A DNA stretch of 53,765 nucleotides. Origin: Lysobacterales bacterium. Its GTDB lineage: Bacteria; Pseudomonadota; Gammaproteobacteria; Xanthomonadales; SZUA-36. The first letter of the stretch is position 1, and each line of letters starts with the position of its first letter. A program made the translations under genes and the position numbers. The notes below the pieces were generated by a model. The model searched no databases. It was not told where the DNA came from and saw nothing but the letters and a program-made list of their open reading frames with translations. The stretch covers positions 1-53,765 of the forward strand of contig JAPHTE010000293.1 in NCBI GenBank assembly GCA_026196445.1, in the 5' to 3' direction. Below are positions 20,675 to 30,349 of the stretch, piece by piece.

Positions 20675-20754
20675 TATTAGCGCCCGTTAACGCCCTGTGC
20701 GCCTTGTCCTGTCAAAATTTGGCTGACGTCGATGGGTTTCCGCATGGTGTTGGT

Positions 20755-21018
20755 CTATGCCTGGAGGTCTTCCTCCTCAGGTTGCGTGTCGAAAACCTCG
20801 GCCGCTTCGATCTCGGCTTGCAAAACGTCTACGCGTTCCGAGTCAATCAGGCCATCAGCGATTTCGCGTAAGGCGAGTACGGTGGGCTTGTCGTTTTCTT
20901 CTTCAACCAGTGGTTCGGAGCCATGCCCGATCTGGCGGGCGCGCTTGGTCGCAGTCAAAACCAGTTCAAAGCGGTTATGTATGTTTTCCAGGCAATCTTC
21001 TACGGTAATACGTGCCAT
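20755..21018 (-). CDS. rpoZ: DNA-directed RNA polymerase subunit omega
   Basis: 87 aa beginning [30 protein letters not shown]. Confidence 0.96.
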   Translation of the reverse strand: MARITVEDCLENIHNRFELVLTATKRARQIGHGSEPLVEEENDKPTVLALREIADGLIDSERVDVLQAEIEAAEVFDTQPEEEDLQA

Positions 21019-21055
21019 TTTTAATCCTGTAAGGTGTTAGGCGGAACCGCTTATT

Positions 21056-21691
21056 TTAGCGTCTTCCGAGTTGCTGTGCCAGACGCCGGGAATCGTCGTT
21101 CACCGGGTGCGGTGTTTGTTGACGGTGATCATTGATGATATTGAGCAGTTCTTCAAGTGCCGTGTCGAAATCATCGTTGATGACGACGTGGTCAAATTCA
21201 TCCCAGTGAGAGATCTCGGAACGTGCATCGCGCATCCGGCGCTCGATTACGCTGGCGCTGTCCTGCGCTCGCCGTGTCAGGCGTTCACGCAGGATCTCAA
21301 GCGACGGCGGAATCACGAAAATGGAACAGCTGTCCGGGAAAGCCGCGCTGACCTGCCGGGCGCCCTGCCAGTCGATATCGAGCAACACGTCGTGACCCTT
21401 TTCGAGCTGCGTTACGACGGCCGTGTAGCTGGTCCCGTACAAGTGGTCAAATACCCTGGCGTGTTCGACGAAGCTGCCAGCTTCGATCATCTTTTCAAAC
21501 TCGGGCACGGAAACAAAGTGGTAGTGCTGGCCATCCGTCTCTCCCGGCCTGGCCGGGCGCGTGGTATGCGAAATGGACAGGGAGAGTTCCTCGTCGCGCT
21601 GCAGTAGGGACCTGATCAGGCTGGTTTTGCCACCTCCGGATGGTGCGGCAACGATGTACAGTTGGCCACGCCGGGCAGTCCTATTCGACAT
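21056..21691 (-). CDS. gmk: Guanylate kinase
   Basis: 211 aa with a P-loop (APSGGGKTSL) and TTRPARPGETDGQHYHF. Its start overlaps the yicC stop by 11 nt. Confidence 0.95.
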   Translation of the reverse strand: MSNRTARRGQLYIVAAPSGGGKTSLIRSLLQRDEELSLSISHTTRPARPGETDGQHYHFVSVPEFEKMIEAGSFVEHARVFDHLYGTSYTAVVTQLEKGHDVLLDIDWQGARQVSAAFPDSCSIFVIPPSLEILRERLTRRAQDSASVIERRMRDARSEISHWDEFDHVVINDDFDTALEELLNIINDHRQQTPHPVNDDSRRLAQQLGRR

Positions 21692-22550
21692 TTTGTACCT
21701 GCTCGCGCATTTGTTCGATGAGCACTTTCAGGTCAACGGCAGCCTGCGTGGTCCTTTGATCAACCGATTTCGAACTCAGGGTATTGGACTCGCGGTTGAA
21801 CTCCTGCATCAGGAAATCAAGTCGCCGGCCGACAGGTTCGGACAGGCCCAGCACGCGGTACACTTCCGCGACGTGGGCGTCCAGCCTGTCCAGCTCTTCA
21901 TCGACGTCGATTTTCTGGGCCAGGATCGCAACTTCCTGTTCTACCCGGCCTGGATCCAGCGGCAGGGGAAGGTCATCAACACGCTCCAGCATGCGTTGTT
22001 TCAGCGCGGCACGAATATCCGGTAACCATGACCTGATTTGCCCGGTCAACTCTGTCACGCCTTCGAGCCGTTCGCGGACAGCATTGGCCATTTGTTCACC
22101 TTCACGTGTGCGGCCGTCCAGCAACTCCTGCGCAGCTTCGCTCAATAGCGCCAGGGCCGCGGCCTGCAGGGGAGCAGGGTCCGGGCGTTTTTCCTCGATC
22201 AGACCCGGCCACTTGAGCAAGTGGCCGAGGTCCGGTTGTTCCTCGCTGCCAGCAAGTTGCGACAACTCACCGTGCACGTCTAGCAGTTCCCGTGCCAGAG
22301 ACTGGTTCAGTTCCAGTGCGCTGCCGGCGGAAGATGCCGCAGCTGAGAATCGCAGGGTGGCTTCAATCTTGCCCCGGCTCAGATATTCACCCAGTCGTTT
22401 CCTAATGTCAGACTCAAGCGGTCTGAATTCTTCCGGCAGACGCAAACCAAAATCGAGGTAGCGGTGGTTTACCGAGCGCATTTCCCAGCTCAGCCGGCCG
22501 AAATCGTACTGGCGTTCTACCCGGGCGAAACCCGTCATACTTCGTATCAT
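21681..22550 (-). CDS. yicC: YicC family stress-induced protein
   Basis: Begins MIRSMTGFARVE...WEMRSVNHRYLD, the canonical YicC N-terminus, and has the C-terminal REVNTL-like FNRESNTLSSK. The track ORF starts 4 codons earlier at a GTG (22562). Confidence 0.9.
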   Translation of the reverse strand: MIRSMTGFARVERQYDFGRLSWEMRSVNHRYLDFGLRLPEEFRPLESDIRKRLGEYLSRGKIEATLRFSAAASSAGSALELNQSLARELLDVHGELSQLAGSEEQPDLGHLLKWPGLIEEKRPDPAPLQAAALALLSEAAQELLDGRTREGEQMANAVRERLEGVTELTGQIRSWLPDIRAALKQRMLERVDDLPLPLDPGRVEQEVAILAQKIDVDEELDRLDAHVAEVYRVLGLSEPVGRRLDFLMQEFNRESNTLSSKSVDQRTTQAAVDLKVLIEQMREQVQNVE

Positions 22551-22663
22551 GGCTTTTTCCACGTGTGTGGCAGTGGCACAATGTTAACGGATAGGCTACT
22601 GGACTAAAATGGCAGCCTGACAATTTACCCGGATTTTTCCAAATACACATACAGGACCCACCT

Positions 22664-23380
22664 ATGAGACCCAGCGGCAGACGAATCGATGAGCTACGCA
22701 CGGTTAAGATCGAGCGCAATTACACGCCTTATGCCGAGGGCTCAGTATTGATCGCCTGCGGTAACACCCACGTATTGTGCAACGCCTCGGTGGAAAACCG
22801 GGTGCCCAATTTTCTGCGCGGCAGCAACGAGGGCTGGGTCACGGCAGAGTATGGCATGTTACCCAGGGCGACCGATACACGCATGCGCCGCGAGTCCTCG
22901 TTGGGCAAGCAGGGTGGACGCACGATGGAAATCCAGCGCCTGATTGGCCGCTCCCTACGTGCCGTGGTGAACCGGGCCGCGCTGGGCGAACACACCATTA
23001 CGCTGGATTGCGACGTACTGCAGGCAGACGGCGGTACGCGTACGGCGGCCATTACCGGCGCATACGTCGCGCTGGTGGACGCCTGCGACTGGTTGCTGGA
23101 CAAGCGCAGGATCAAGAAAAACCCGGTCCACGGCCAGGTGGCGGCGGTTTCGGTGGGTATTTATAACGACACGCCGGTGCTCGATCTCGATTACCGGGAG
23201 GATTCCAACGCCGAGACCGACATGAACGTGGTGATGAATGACGGTGGTGCGTTTATCGAATTGCAGGGCACAGCAGAGGGCCATGCGTTTCGTAAAGACG
23301 AGTTGGACAGCCTGTTGGCATTGGCGGATGGCGGTATCCGGTCACTGCTTGAGATGCAGCGTGAGGCTCTGGCTGGCTGA
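22664..23380 (+). CDS. rph: Ribonuclease PH
   Basis: 238 aa with [26 protein letters not shown], and [18 protein letters not shown]. It is divergent from yicC, as in E. coli. Confidence 0.96.
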   Translation: MRPSGRRIDELRTVKIERNYTPYAEGSVLIACGNTHVLCNASVENRVPNFLRGSNEGWVTAEYGMLPRATDTRMRRESSLGKQGGRTMEIQRLIGRSLRAVVNRAALGEHTITLDCDVLQADGGTRTAAITGAYVALVDACDWLLDKRRIKKNPVHGQVAAVSVGIYNDTPVLDLDYREDSNAETDMNVVMNDGGAFIELQGTAEGHAFRKDELDSLLALADGGIRSLLEMQREALAG

Positions 23381-23391
23381 TCCGGGTTCAT

Positions 23392-24030
23392 ATGACCACG
23401 CACCAGCAATACGTCCTTGCCAGCGATAACCCGGGTAAATTACGCGAGATGATGGCCATGTTCTCTCCACTGGGTATCGCCGTGCGTCCGCAAAGTGACT
23501 GGCAAGTACCACCCGGGGTCGAGGAAACCGGCAGTACATTCGTAGAAAACGCCCTGATCAAGGCACGTCATGCAGCATCCCATACCGGCTTGCCCGCCAT
23601 TGCGGATGATTCTGGCCTGGTGGTGCCGGCGCTGCAGGGCGAGCCGGGTATCTGTTCCGCTCGTTATGCCGGGCCTGACGCCAATGCAGCGGCGAACATG
23701 GACAAGTTGCTGGCCGCGCTGGACGGCATCAACGGCGCGGACCGGGTCGCCTACTTCTTTTGTGCCATGGTTTGCCTGGAATCGGCCGCTGATCCGGCCC
23801 CGCTGATGGCCACCGGCCGCTGGCATGGGCGAATACTGGCCAAGCGCCAGGGTGAGGGTGGGTTTGGGTACGACCCCATCTTTGGTGTCGGGCACGCAAC
23901 GGAATCGGAACGGCAGTTATCTGCAGCCGAGATGAGCGCAGAAGAAAAGGGCAAGGTCAGCCACCGCGGCCAGGCTCTTCGCAAGCTGGCCGAACTCGTT
24001 CGCCGGGAGTATGACGGGATTAATGCATAA
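23392..24030 (+). CDS. rdgB: dITP/XTP pyrophosphatase (RdgB/HAM1 family)
   Basis: 212 aa with LASDNPGKLREM, ETGSTFVENALIKA, ADDSGL, and FGYDPIF. Confidence 0.93.
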   Translation: MTTHQQYVLASDNPGKLREMMAMFSPLGIAVRPQSDWQVPPGVEETGSTFVENALIKARHAASHTGLPAIADDSGLVVPALQGEPGICSARYAGPDANAAANMDKLLAALDGINGADRVAYFFCAMVCLESAADPAPLMATGRWHGRILAKRQGEGGFGYDPIFGVGHATESERQLSAAEMSAEEKGKVSHRGQALRKLAELVRREYDGINA

Positions 24031-25168
24031 TCCGCCGCTGAGCCTCTACGTGCACCTCCCGTGGTGCGTGCGCAAATGTCCATATTGCGATTTCAATTCA
24101 CATGCTTTGAAGGGTGAGCTGCTTGCAGCCGACTATATCCGCGCATTGATAGCCGACCTCGAGTCAGACCTGCCCCTGGTTTGGGGGCGCGTGGTAAACA
24201 GTGTCTATTTTGGTGGCGGCACACCCAGCCTGTTCGCAGCCGGGTTGATCGATCAGTTTTTGTCTGCTGCCCGCGCCCGACTGGATTTGAGCCCGGCTGC
24301 TGAAGTCACGCTGGAAGCCAATCCCGGTACCATCGAGCACGACAGCTTTGCAGCCTACGCTCAGGCTGGGATCAACCGCGTATCGCTGGGCGTGCAGAGC
24401 TTTGACGACGGCGCGCTCAAGCGGCTCGGGCGCATCCATTCTGGTGAGGAGGTGGAAAGCTGTCTGCAATCCTTGCATGCGTCGGGTATCGACAACTTTA
24501 ATATCGACTTGATGTACGCTCTGCCAGGTCAGAATATTGAGCAGGCCCGGGACGATGTGCGGCGCGCAATCACCGCTGCACCGGCACATATTTCCTATTA
24601 CCAGTTGACGCTGGAGCCAAACACCGCCTTCGCGGCGACACCACCGGCGCTGCCGGATGAGGACCTTGCCTGGCAGATACAGGAAACCGGTCTGGAAATG
24701 CTGGAGACAGCCGGCTTTTTGCAATATGAAATTTCTGCGTTTGCGCGCGACGACAGGCAATGCCGGCATAACATGAATTACTGGACCTATGGTGATTTCC
24801 TCGCGACAGGCGCCGGGGCACATGGCAAGATCACGACGATGGCCGATGGATGCGTGACGCGTTATGCGAAACACCGTCACCCAAGGCGGTATATGCAGGG
24901 GTTGCACAACGGTGGCTGGCTGGCGAAGAGTCAGACCCTGGCTGAAGATGAACTTGTATTCGAGTTTTTCCTGAACCAGCTGAGGCTGAAGCAGGGGTTC
25001 AGCGTGGACGATTTCTGCGCCCGCACCGGCCTGCAATGGCGTACCGTTGAGACGAGGGTTCGACAGGCGGTGGACAAGGGCCTGCTCGAAGTCCGGGATC
25101 GGCAGGTCGCACCCACGCGGCTGGGCTGGAAATTCGTCAATGATATCCAGCAGATGTTTCTACCGTAA
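24011..25168 (+). CDS. hemW: Radical SAM heme chaperone HemW (oxygen-independent coproporphyrinogen oxidase-like)
   Basis: 385 aa with LYVHLPWCVRKCPYCDF (the CxxxCxxC radical SAM motif), GGGTPS, and a HemN_C-like C-terminus. It overlaps the rdgB 3' end. The alternative ATG is at 24023. Confidence 0.9.
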   Translation: MTGLMHNPPLSLYVHLPWCVRKCPYCDFNSHALKGELLAADYIRALIADLESDLPLVWGRVVNSVYFGGGTPSLFAAGLIDQFLSAARARLDLSPAAEVTLEANPGTIEHDSFAAYAQAGINRVSLGVQSFDDGALKRLGRIHSGEEVESCLQSLHASGIDNFNIDLMYALPGQNIEQARDDVRRAITAAPAHISYYQLTLEPNTAFAATPPALPDEDLAWQIQETGLEMLETAGFLQYEISAFARDDRQCRHNMNYWTYGDFLATGAGAHGKITTMADGCVTRYAKHRHPRRYMQGLHNGGWLAKSQTLAEDELVFEFFLNQLRLKQGFSVDDFCARTGLQWRTVETRVRQAVDKGLLEVRDRQVAPTRLGWKFVNDIQQMFLP

Positions 25169-25252
25169 CGCACCGCAAAAGCCGCTTGCATTGCGTGTCG
25201 CACGTCATTAAACTACCCGGCTCTTTAGGCCAAACGAATATCGGAATTTGTC

Positions 25253-25495
25253 ATGAAAGCTGACATCCATCCAGAGTATCGTGAAGTGGTTTTCCAGGAC
25301 CTGTCGTCTGACTTTGCATTCCTGACCCGCTCCACTATCAAAACCAAGGACACCATCAAGTGGGAAGATGGGAACGAGTACCCGCTCGTCAAGGTGGAAG
25401 TTTCCAGCGCATCCCACCCGTTTTATACCGGCAAACATAAGTTGATGGATACCGGTGGTCGCGTGGATCGATTCAAACGCCGCTACAACAAGTAA
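25253..25495 (+). CDS. rpmE2: 50S ribosomal protein L31, type B (no CxxC zinc-ribbon cysteines)
   Basis: 80 aa with [16 protein letters not shown]...[11 protein letters not shown]...[11 protein letters not shown]. It resembles YkgM-type L31 and contains no cysteine. Confidence 0.9.
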   Translation: MKADIHPEYREVVFQDLSSDFAFLTRSTIKTKDTIKWEDGNEYPLVKVEVSSASHPFYTGKHKLMDTGGRVDRFKRRYNK

Positions 25496-25514
25496 ATCCG
25501 AAGTTTCTTGGAGA

Positions 25515-25548
25515 GGCCCGGGACGGCAGTGTCGCCCCGGGCCTTTTT
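25515..25548 (+). terminator. Rho-independent terminator after rpmE2
   Basis: GGCCCGGG (25515-25522) pairs with CCCGGGCC (25536-25543), followed by TTTTT. Confidence 0.8.
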
Positions 25549-25664
25549 GTCTGTGATCAATAAAAAACACGGGGACTTATGACATACTTACCAGCTGAAA
25601 ACGGCAGGCGGCAATACCTGTTAATGCCGACCAAGTTCATACAAGAAAAAACCGGGAGAGAACC

Positions 25665-26954
25665 ATGTCCGAGCAACGCGTAACCCTCACAGATGAAGGT
25701 AGTGGCAAGAGCGTTGAATTACCCGTTATCAGTGGCACGGAAGGTGAGCCCACATTAAGTATCAAGGCTGTTCCCTCGACCCTGGGCTACTTTACATACG
25801 ATCCGGGTTTCACGGCCACGGCCAGTTGCACCAGCACGATCACGTTTATCGATGGTGAAAAAGGTATCCTGCGTTACCGGGGATATCCCATCGAGCAGCT
25901 GGCGGGGAAAAGTACTTTCCTGGAGGTGGCTTACCTTTTGCTGTTTGGTGAACTGCCCACGACCGATGAGTTCGATGGATTCCAGAGCGATATCACCCAC
26001 CACACGATGGTGCACGAGAAGCTGAACACCTTCATATCGGGGTTCCACTATGACGCGCACCCGATGGCGATGATGGCGGGCGTGGTTGGCTCGCTGGCGG
26101 CTTTTTACCATGACAAGATGGACATGAGCGACCCCGAACACCGGGTCCAGGCCGCCAAGCGGATGATCGCGAAGATGCCGACCATCGCCGCAGCCTGTTA
26201 CCGGCATCACATGGGAAGGCCGGTTGCCTATCCGAACAACGAGCTGACATACACAGAAAACTTTCTCGACATGATGTTTTCAGTACCGGCCGAGAAATAT
26301 ATTGTCGATCCGGTGGCCGCCAAGGCCATTGACCTGCTGTATATTTTGCATGCCGATCACGAGCAAAACGCCAGCACTTCGACTGTCAGGCTGGTCGGTT
26401 CCACGGGGGCCAACCCTTATGCTTGCGTATCCGCGGGCATCTCGGCACTGTGGGGCCCGGCACATGGTGGCGCCAATGAAAAAGTGTTGATCATGCTCGA
26501 TGAAATCGGCGACCTGTCAAGAGTTGGCAAATACATCGACAAGGCCAAGGACAAGGATGACCCATTCAGGTTGATGGGTTTTGGCCACCGCGTGTACAAG
26601 AACTACGATCCGCGTGCCTCCATCATCCGCAAGGCAGCCCACGAGGTGCTGGAAAACCTGGGTACTTCTGATCCGATGATGGACCTGGCCATGGAACTGG
26701 AACGGATCGCGCTGGAAGACGAGTACTTCGTCAGTAAAAAGCTGTACCCAAACGTTGACTTCTATTCCGGCATTATCTACAAGGCGCTCGGAATTCCCGT
26801 CAGCATGTTCACCGTGATGTTCGCGATCGCCAGGACCGTAGGCTGGGTATCCCAGTGGCTGGAGCAGGAACAGACACCGACACCGATCGGCCGTCCACGC
26901 CAGGTTTATGCCGGGCCGACAGAACGCGAATACGTGCCAATCGAGTCACGCTGA
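25665..26954 (+). CDS. gltA: Citrate synthase (type II, GltA)
   Basis: 429 aa with [35 protein letters not shown], and [13 protein letters not shown]. Confidence 0.96.
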   Translation: MSEQRVTLTDEGSGKSVELPVISGTEGEPTLSIKAVPSTLGYFTYDPGFTATASCTSTITFIDGEKGILRYRGYPIEQLAGKSTFLEVAYLLLFGELPTTDEFDGFQSDITHHTMVHEKLNTFISGFHYDAHPMAMMAGVVGSLAAFYHDKMDMSDPEHRVQAAKRMIAKMPTIAAACYRHHMGRPVAYPNNELTYTENFLDMMFSVPAEKYIVDPVAAKAIDLLYILHADHEQNASTSTVRLVGSTGANPYACVSAGISALWGPAHGGANEKVLIMLDEIGDLSRVGKYIDKAKDKDDPFRLMGFGHRVYKNYDPRASIIRKAAHEVLENLGTSDPMMDLAMELERIALEDEYFVSKKLYPNVDFYSGIIYKALGIPVSMFTVMFAIARTVGWVSQWLEQEQTPTPIGRPRQVYAGPTEREYVPIESR

Positions 26955-26961
26955 ACAGTTG

Positions 26962-27615
26962 TCAGACACCCGCCAGCAAACATTCCACCTCGACAACGCC
27001 CGCCCGCTTCTGCGGACGTCCATCCACGGGGCTGGGTGGTGCCTGGCGTAAATCCAGGCAGTTGAGCAGCACCAGTTCGATTTCCGCGTCTTCCCTGTCC
27101 GTGACCAGTAGCGGCACTTGCCGGTGGCCGCCGTCGTGCCAGCGTATCTTGCGTTGTTCATTGTAAAAAGCGAGGCCTTTATCCATCAGGTAAATGGCCA
27201 CCGCATCCGGCGGGTCATTGAACAGATGCAGGGAAATGCGGCTGTGTTCGTCAGCCGTGCCATCGAGCACCGGTCCGACCAGCCGCGGTTGGAACGGCTC
27301 CAGAGACTGCATGACCTGCAAGGCAATACGGCGTAATTTCTGCAGGTGTACGAGGTGTTGTTCCCCACCGTAAAACTGTTGGTAAGCCCGCAGGGCCTTT
27401 TCAACTTCCAGGTTGCTGGGCAGCGACGTGTTGGCGCCCGCGCCCAGCCGCTGTGCGGCTTTTTGCTTGGCTATCCGGTAATTGGACTGTGCCTGGGTGA
27501 CCATGATGCGGGCTGCCTCGGCAGCGATCATTCTGCGCAGTTGGTCGAGCCTACCCGGATCGTGGACAGGAAACCGGTCAGAAGCTGTCGTATGGGTCCT
27601 CTTCCTTAACGGCAT
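26962..27615 (-). CDS. Conserved hypothetical protein with a degenerate Pol-beta/MNT nucleotidyltransferase-like motif
   Basis: 217-aa ORF. Its ATG at 27615 is preceded by AAGGAG at a 9-nt spacing, and both lie inside the last codons of mrcA (38-nt overlap). The segment LVGPVLDGTADEHSRISLHLF mimics the GSxxxGxxxxxSDIDLxx motif, but both Asp residues are replaced. Confidence 0.6.
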   Translation of the reverse strand: MPLRKRTHTTASDRFPVHDPGRLDQLRRMIAAEAARIMVTQAQSNYRIAKQKAAQRLGAGANTSLPSNLEVEKALRAYQQFYGGEQHLVHLQKLRRIALQVMQSLEPFQPRLVGPVLDGTADEHSRISLHLFNDPPDAVAIYLMDKGLAFYNEQRKIRWHDGGHRQVPLLVTDREDAEIELVLLNCLDLRQAPPSPVDGRPQKRAGVVEVECLLAGV

Positions 27616-30067
27616 CAGAATGATCTCCTTCTACTGAATCTTCCATGGGCGGGAGACTTCCTGATTCAAATACTTCCATAATTGCGGCCTGGTTTTCAAG
27701 CCCGGCCAGTAAACCGCTGTCCGGATCGATACGCGCCTGCGTGATGCCCTCGGGTATCTCGATTGTTGATTCCGGTACGCCCTCGAGGGCAAAACGCATG
27801 TAGTCGATCCAGATGTCCAGCGCAGCTTTGCCACCAACCTCAAAACGTCCCAGGGGTTCGTGGCTGTCAAAGCCGACCCAGACCGAAGTCACTACTTTAT
27901 CGTTATATCCCGAAAACCACGCGTCACGTTGTTCATTGGTGGTCCCGGTCTTGCCGGCCAGGTCATTGCGGCCCAGCACCATGGCCTTTTTACCGGTTCC
28001 TCGCCGCACGACATCCATCATCATCGAGCGGACAAGGAAGGCGTTTTGCTCGGAAATGACCCTCGGTGCCGGCGAGGGCTCCGCCACGTACTCTTCCTGC
28101 TCGATGACTTCCTGCTCAACGACCTGCAAGTCGCTTTGGCCTTCGAGTTGCAAGGGGCGGAAACTGGGTTCCGTCTTTTCTGTTGCGCCAGCCAGTTCAT
28201 CGCCCACCTCTTTTTCAGCCGGACAGTCGTTGCAGACAACGAACGGACTGGCGGCGAACACCGTGGCTCCTCTCGCGTCGGTCACCCGCTCGATGAAATA
28301 GGGTTCAACGAGGTAACCACCGTTGGCAAAAACCGCGTAACCCCTGGCGATACTGATAGGTATAAGCGACGCGCTGCCCAGCGCCATGGACAGATTATCC
28401 GGCAACTCGGCGGGGTCGAAACCGAAGGCACTGATGTAATCAATGGCGTACGGGATGCCGATTTCCCTCAACAAGCGGATTGAGACGAGGTTGCGGGAAT
28501 TGACCATGGCTTCGCGCAGGCGGGTCGGGCCAAAAAACTTCTCACTGAAATTTTGTGGTTTCCACTCCCGTTCCAGTTCGTCGTCACTGAAAACGATCGG
28601 TGCATCGTTGATGATGCTGGCCGTTGTCTTACCCTTGGCCAGTGCCGCGGAATAGATAAACGGTTTGAAACCTGAACCGGGTTGGCGGCGGCTTTGCACG
28701 ACCCGGTTAAATTTGCTGCGCGTGTAGTCGTAACCGCCGACCAGGGCGAAAATGGCGCCATCGTCAGGGCTGATGGATACCAGCATGGCTTCCGCTTCGG
28801 GCAGCTGCGCCAATTCACGTCGTCCGCCGTCGCCCAGGCGTGTGCGTATGATATCGCCCACCTGCAACACCTCTGAAACCGTCTTGGGTTCATAGCCGAT
28901 ACGGTCGCGGCTGATAAATTTTCTCGCCCAGGCCACATCACCCAGCGTTAGCGCAATGGTCTGGCCGTCGGCCTGGTATACCAGGGCCACTTCCTCGTCC
29001 ACCTCGGTAACGAGGCCGGGGGCAAGACCGGCGACCGGTTTGTAGGGCCGCAACATTTCGCTCCAGTCCTGCGGTGTATTGCTTTCATCGATATCGAAAT
29101 GGGCTTCGGCCCCACGGTAGCCATGCCTGTGGTCGTAAGCCTCGAGACCGTTGGTAATAGACTGGTTGGCGACGGCTTGCAGGTCTGAACGAATGGTTGT
29201 AAAGACCTCGTAGCCGCCGGTATAAGCTGCCTGGCCAAACATGGCCAGCATTTCCTTGCGCACCATTTCGGCCAGGTAAGGTGCTGAAACTTCAGTCGTC
29301 GCGCCGTGGTAAAAAGCAGTGTTCTTTTCATCGATGGCCTGTGCGTATTCGGCAGCGCTGATAAAACCCAGTTCCCGCATACGCCCCAATACGTAGTCCC
29401 GTCGCTGCATGGCCCGCTCCGGCGAAGTGATCGGGTTGATCCTGGAAGGCGCTTTTGGCAGGGCGGCCAGCATCGCGCATTGGGCCAGGCTCAGCTCAGC
29501 CAGCGGTTTGCCGTAATACACGTCCGCTGCGGCACCCACACCGTAGGCGCGATGGCCGAGCAGAATTTTGTTCAAGTACAGTTCGAGGATCTCGTTCTTG
29601 TCCAGTTCCCGCTCGATCTTCAGTGCCAGGAAAATTTCCTTGATCTTGCGCGTATAGGTCTTTTCCAGGCTCAGAAAGAAATTTCGCGCCAGCTGCTGTG
29701 TAATGGTGCTGCCGCCGACCGATTTATCTCCGGTGGTCGCCAGTGTCTACACGGCGCGGGTGATACCCTGGTAATCGACCCCCGGATGAACGAAGAAACG
29801 GGCGTCTTCACCGGCGATAAACGCGTTTTTCAGGTGCGTGGGCATTTCATCGATACTGACCGGTATACGACGCTTCTCGCCAAAAACACTGATCAATTTG
29901 CCATCTTGGGTGTAAACCCTCAACGGGACCTGGAGTTGCACATCACGTAGGGTGTCGACATCCGGAAGGTCTTTGGCAACAACAAGATACGTCACCACGA
30001 GGGTGATCGACCCCAATACAAACGAGGCCAAAAGAAAGCGAAAAAACACACGAAATACTTTCTTCAC
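27578..30067 (-). pseudogene. mrcA: Penicillin-binding protein 1A (class A PBP, GT51 + transpeptidase), interrupted by one in-frame TAG at 29747-29749
   Basis: Track ORFs 29747..30067 (TM helix plus the GT51 start: RIPVSIDEMPTHLKNAFIAGEDARFFVHPGVDYQGITRAV*) and 27578..29575 are in the same frame. Translating the gap gives TLATTGDKSVGGSTITQQLARNFFLSLEKTYTRKIKEIFLALKIERELDKNEILELYL, which joins NKILLGHRAYGVGAAA. This is colinear with E. coli MrcA. The M at 29575 is a TTG Leu codon. The transpeptidase motifs are present downstream (SGFKPFIY, KTGTTN). Confidence 0.9.
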
Positions 30068-30120
30068 AAAATTATCCTGTTATGCTTAGGCACAGAGATA
30101 AGGAATTCTAGTTGATATAG

Positions 30121-30144
30121 CCGTCTCCGGATAGCGGGAGACGG
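30121..30144. other. Perfect 8-bp stem hairpin in the mrcA-pilM intergenic region
   Basis: CCGTCTCC-GGATAGCG-GGAGACGG. There is no flanking T- or A-run. Confidence 0.5.
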
Positions 30145-30225
30145 GACAGAAGAAGGTACACGGCATCAGACAGGGAAAAGTCGGTTATGATGAGTGTTGA
30201 CCACACAAATGCCCACAGTTTTCCC

Positions 30226-30241
30226 GTGCATTGCAATGCAC
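30226..30241. promoter_or_regulatory. Perfect 16-bp palindrome, candidate operator in the divergent mrcA/pilM promoter region
   Basis: GTGCATTGCAATGCAC is its own reverse complement. It lies about 110-135 nt upstream of the pilM start candidates and about 160 nt upstream of the mrcA start. Confidence 0.4.
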
Positions 30242-30349
30242 ATGTCCATGTCGAGTCCGTTAATTCCTGTAGTTTAATACCTTACAGAAGTATTTGAGTA
30301 TTGCAGGGTTTTCTGTTAAAAACAGCTATTAAGAAGTCTCACTAAACCA

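Noticed and set aside
25185-25202. The 8-mer TGCATTGC upstream of rpmE2, which matches half of the mrcA-pilM palindrome and might be a shared operator.
   Set aside because: The rpmE2 copy is not palindromic. A single 8-mer match among several kilobases of intergenic sequence on two strands is within chance expectation.
29747-29749. The idea that the in-frame TAG in mrcA is programmed recoding (pyrrolysine or a reassigned stop codon).
   Set aside because: TAG terminates at least two other well-defined genes in this window (yicC at 21681-21683 and the LytTR regulator at 9820-9822). No pyl-type genes are visible. The codon lies in a non-conserved loop. A mutation or a sequencing error is far more likely.
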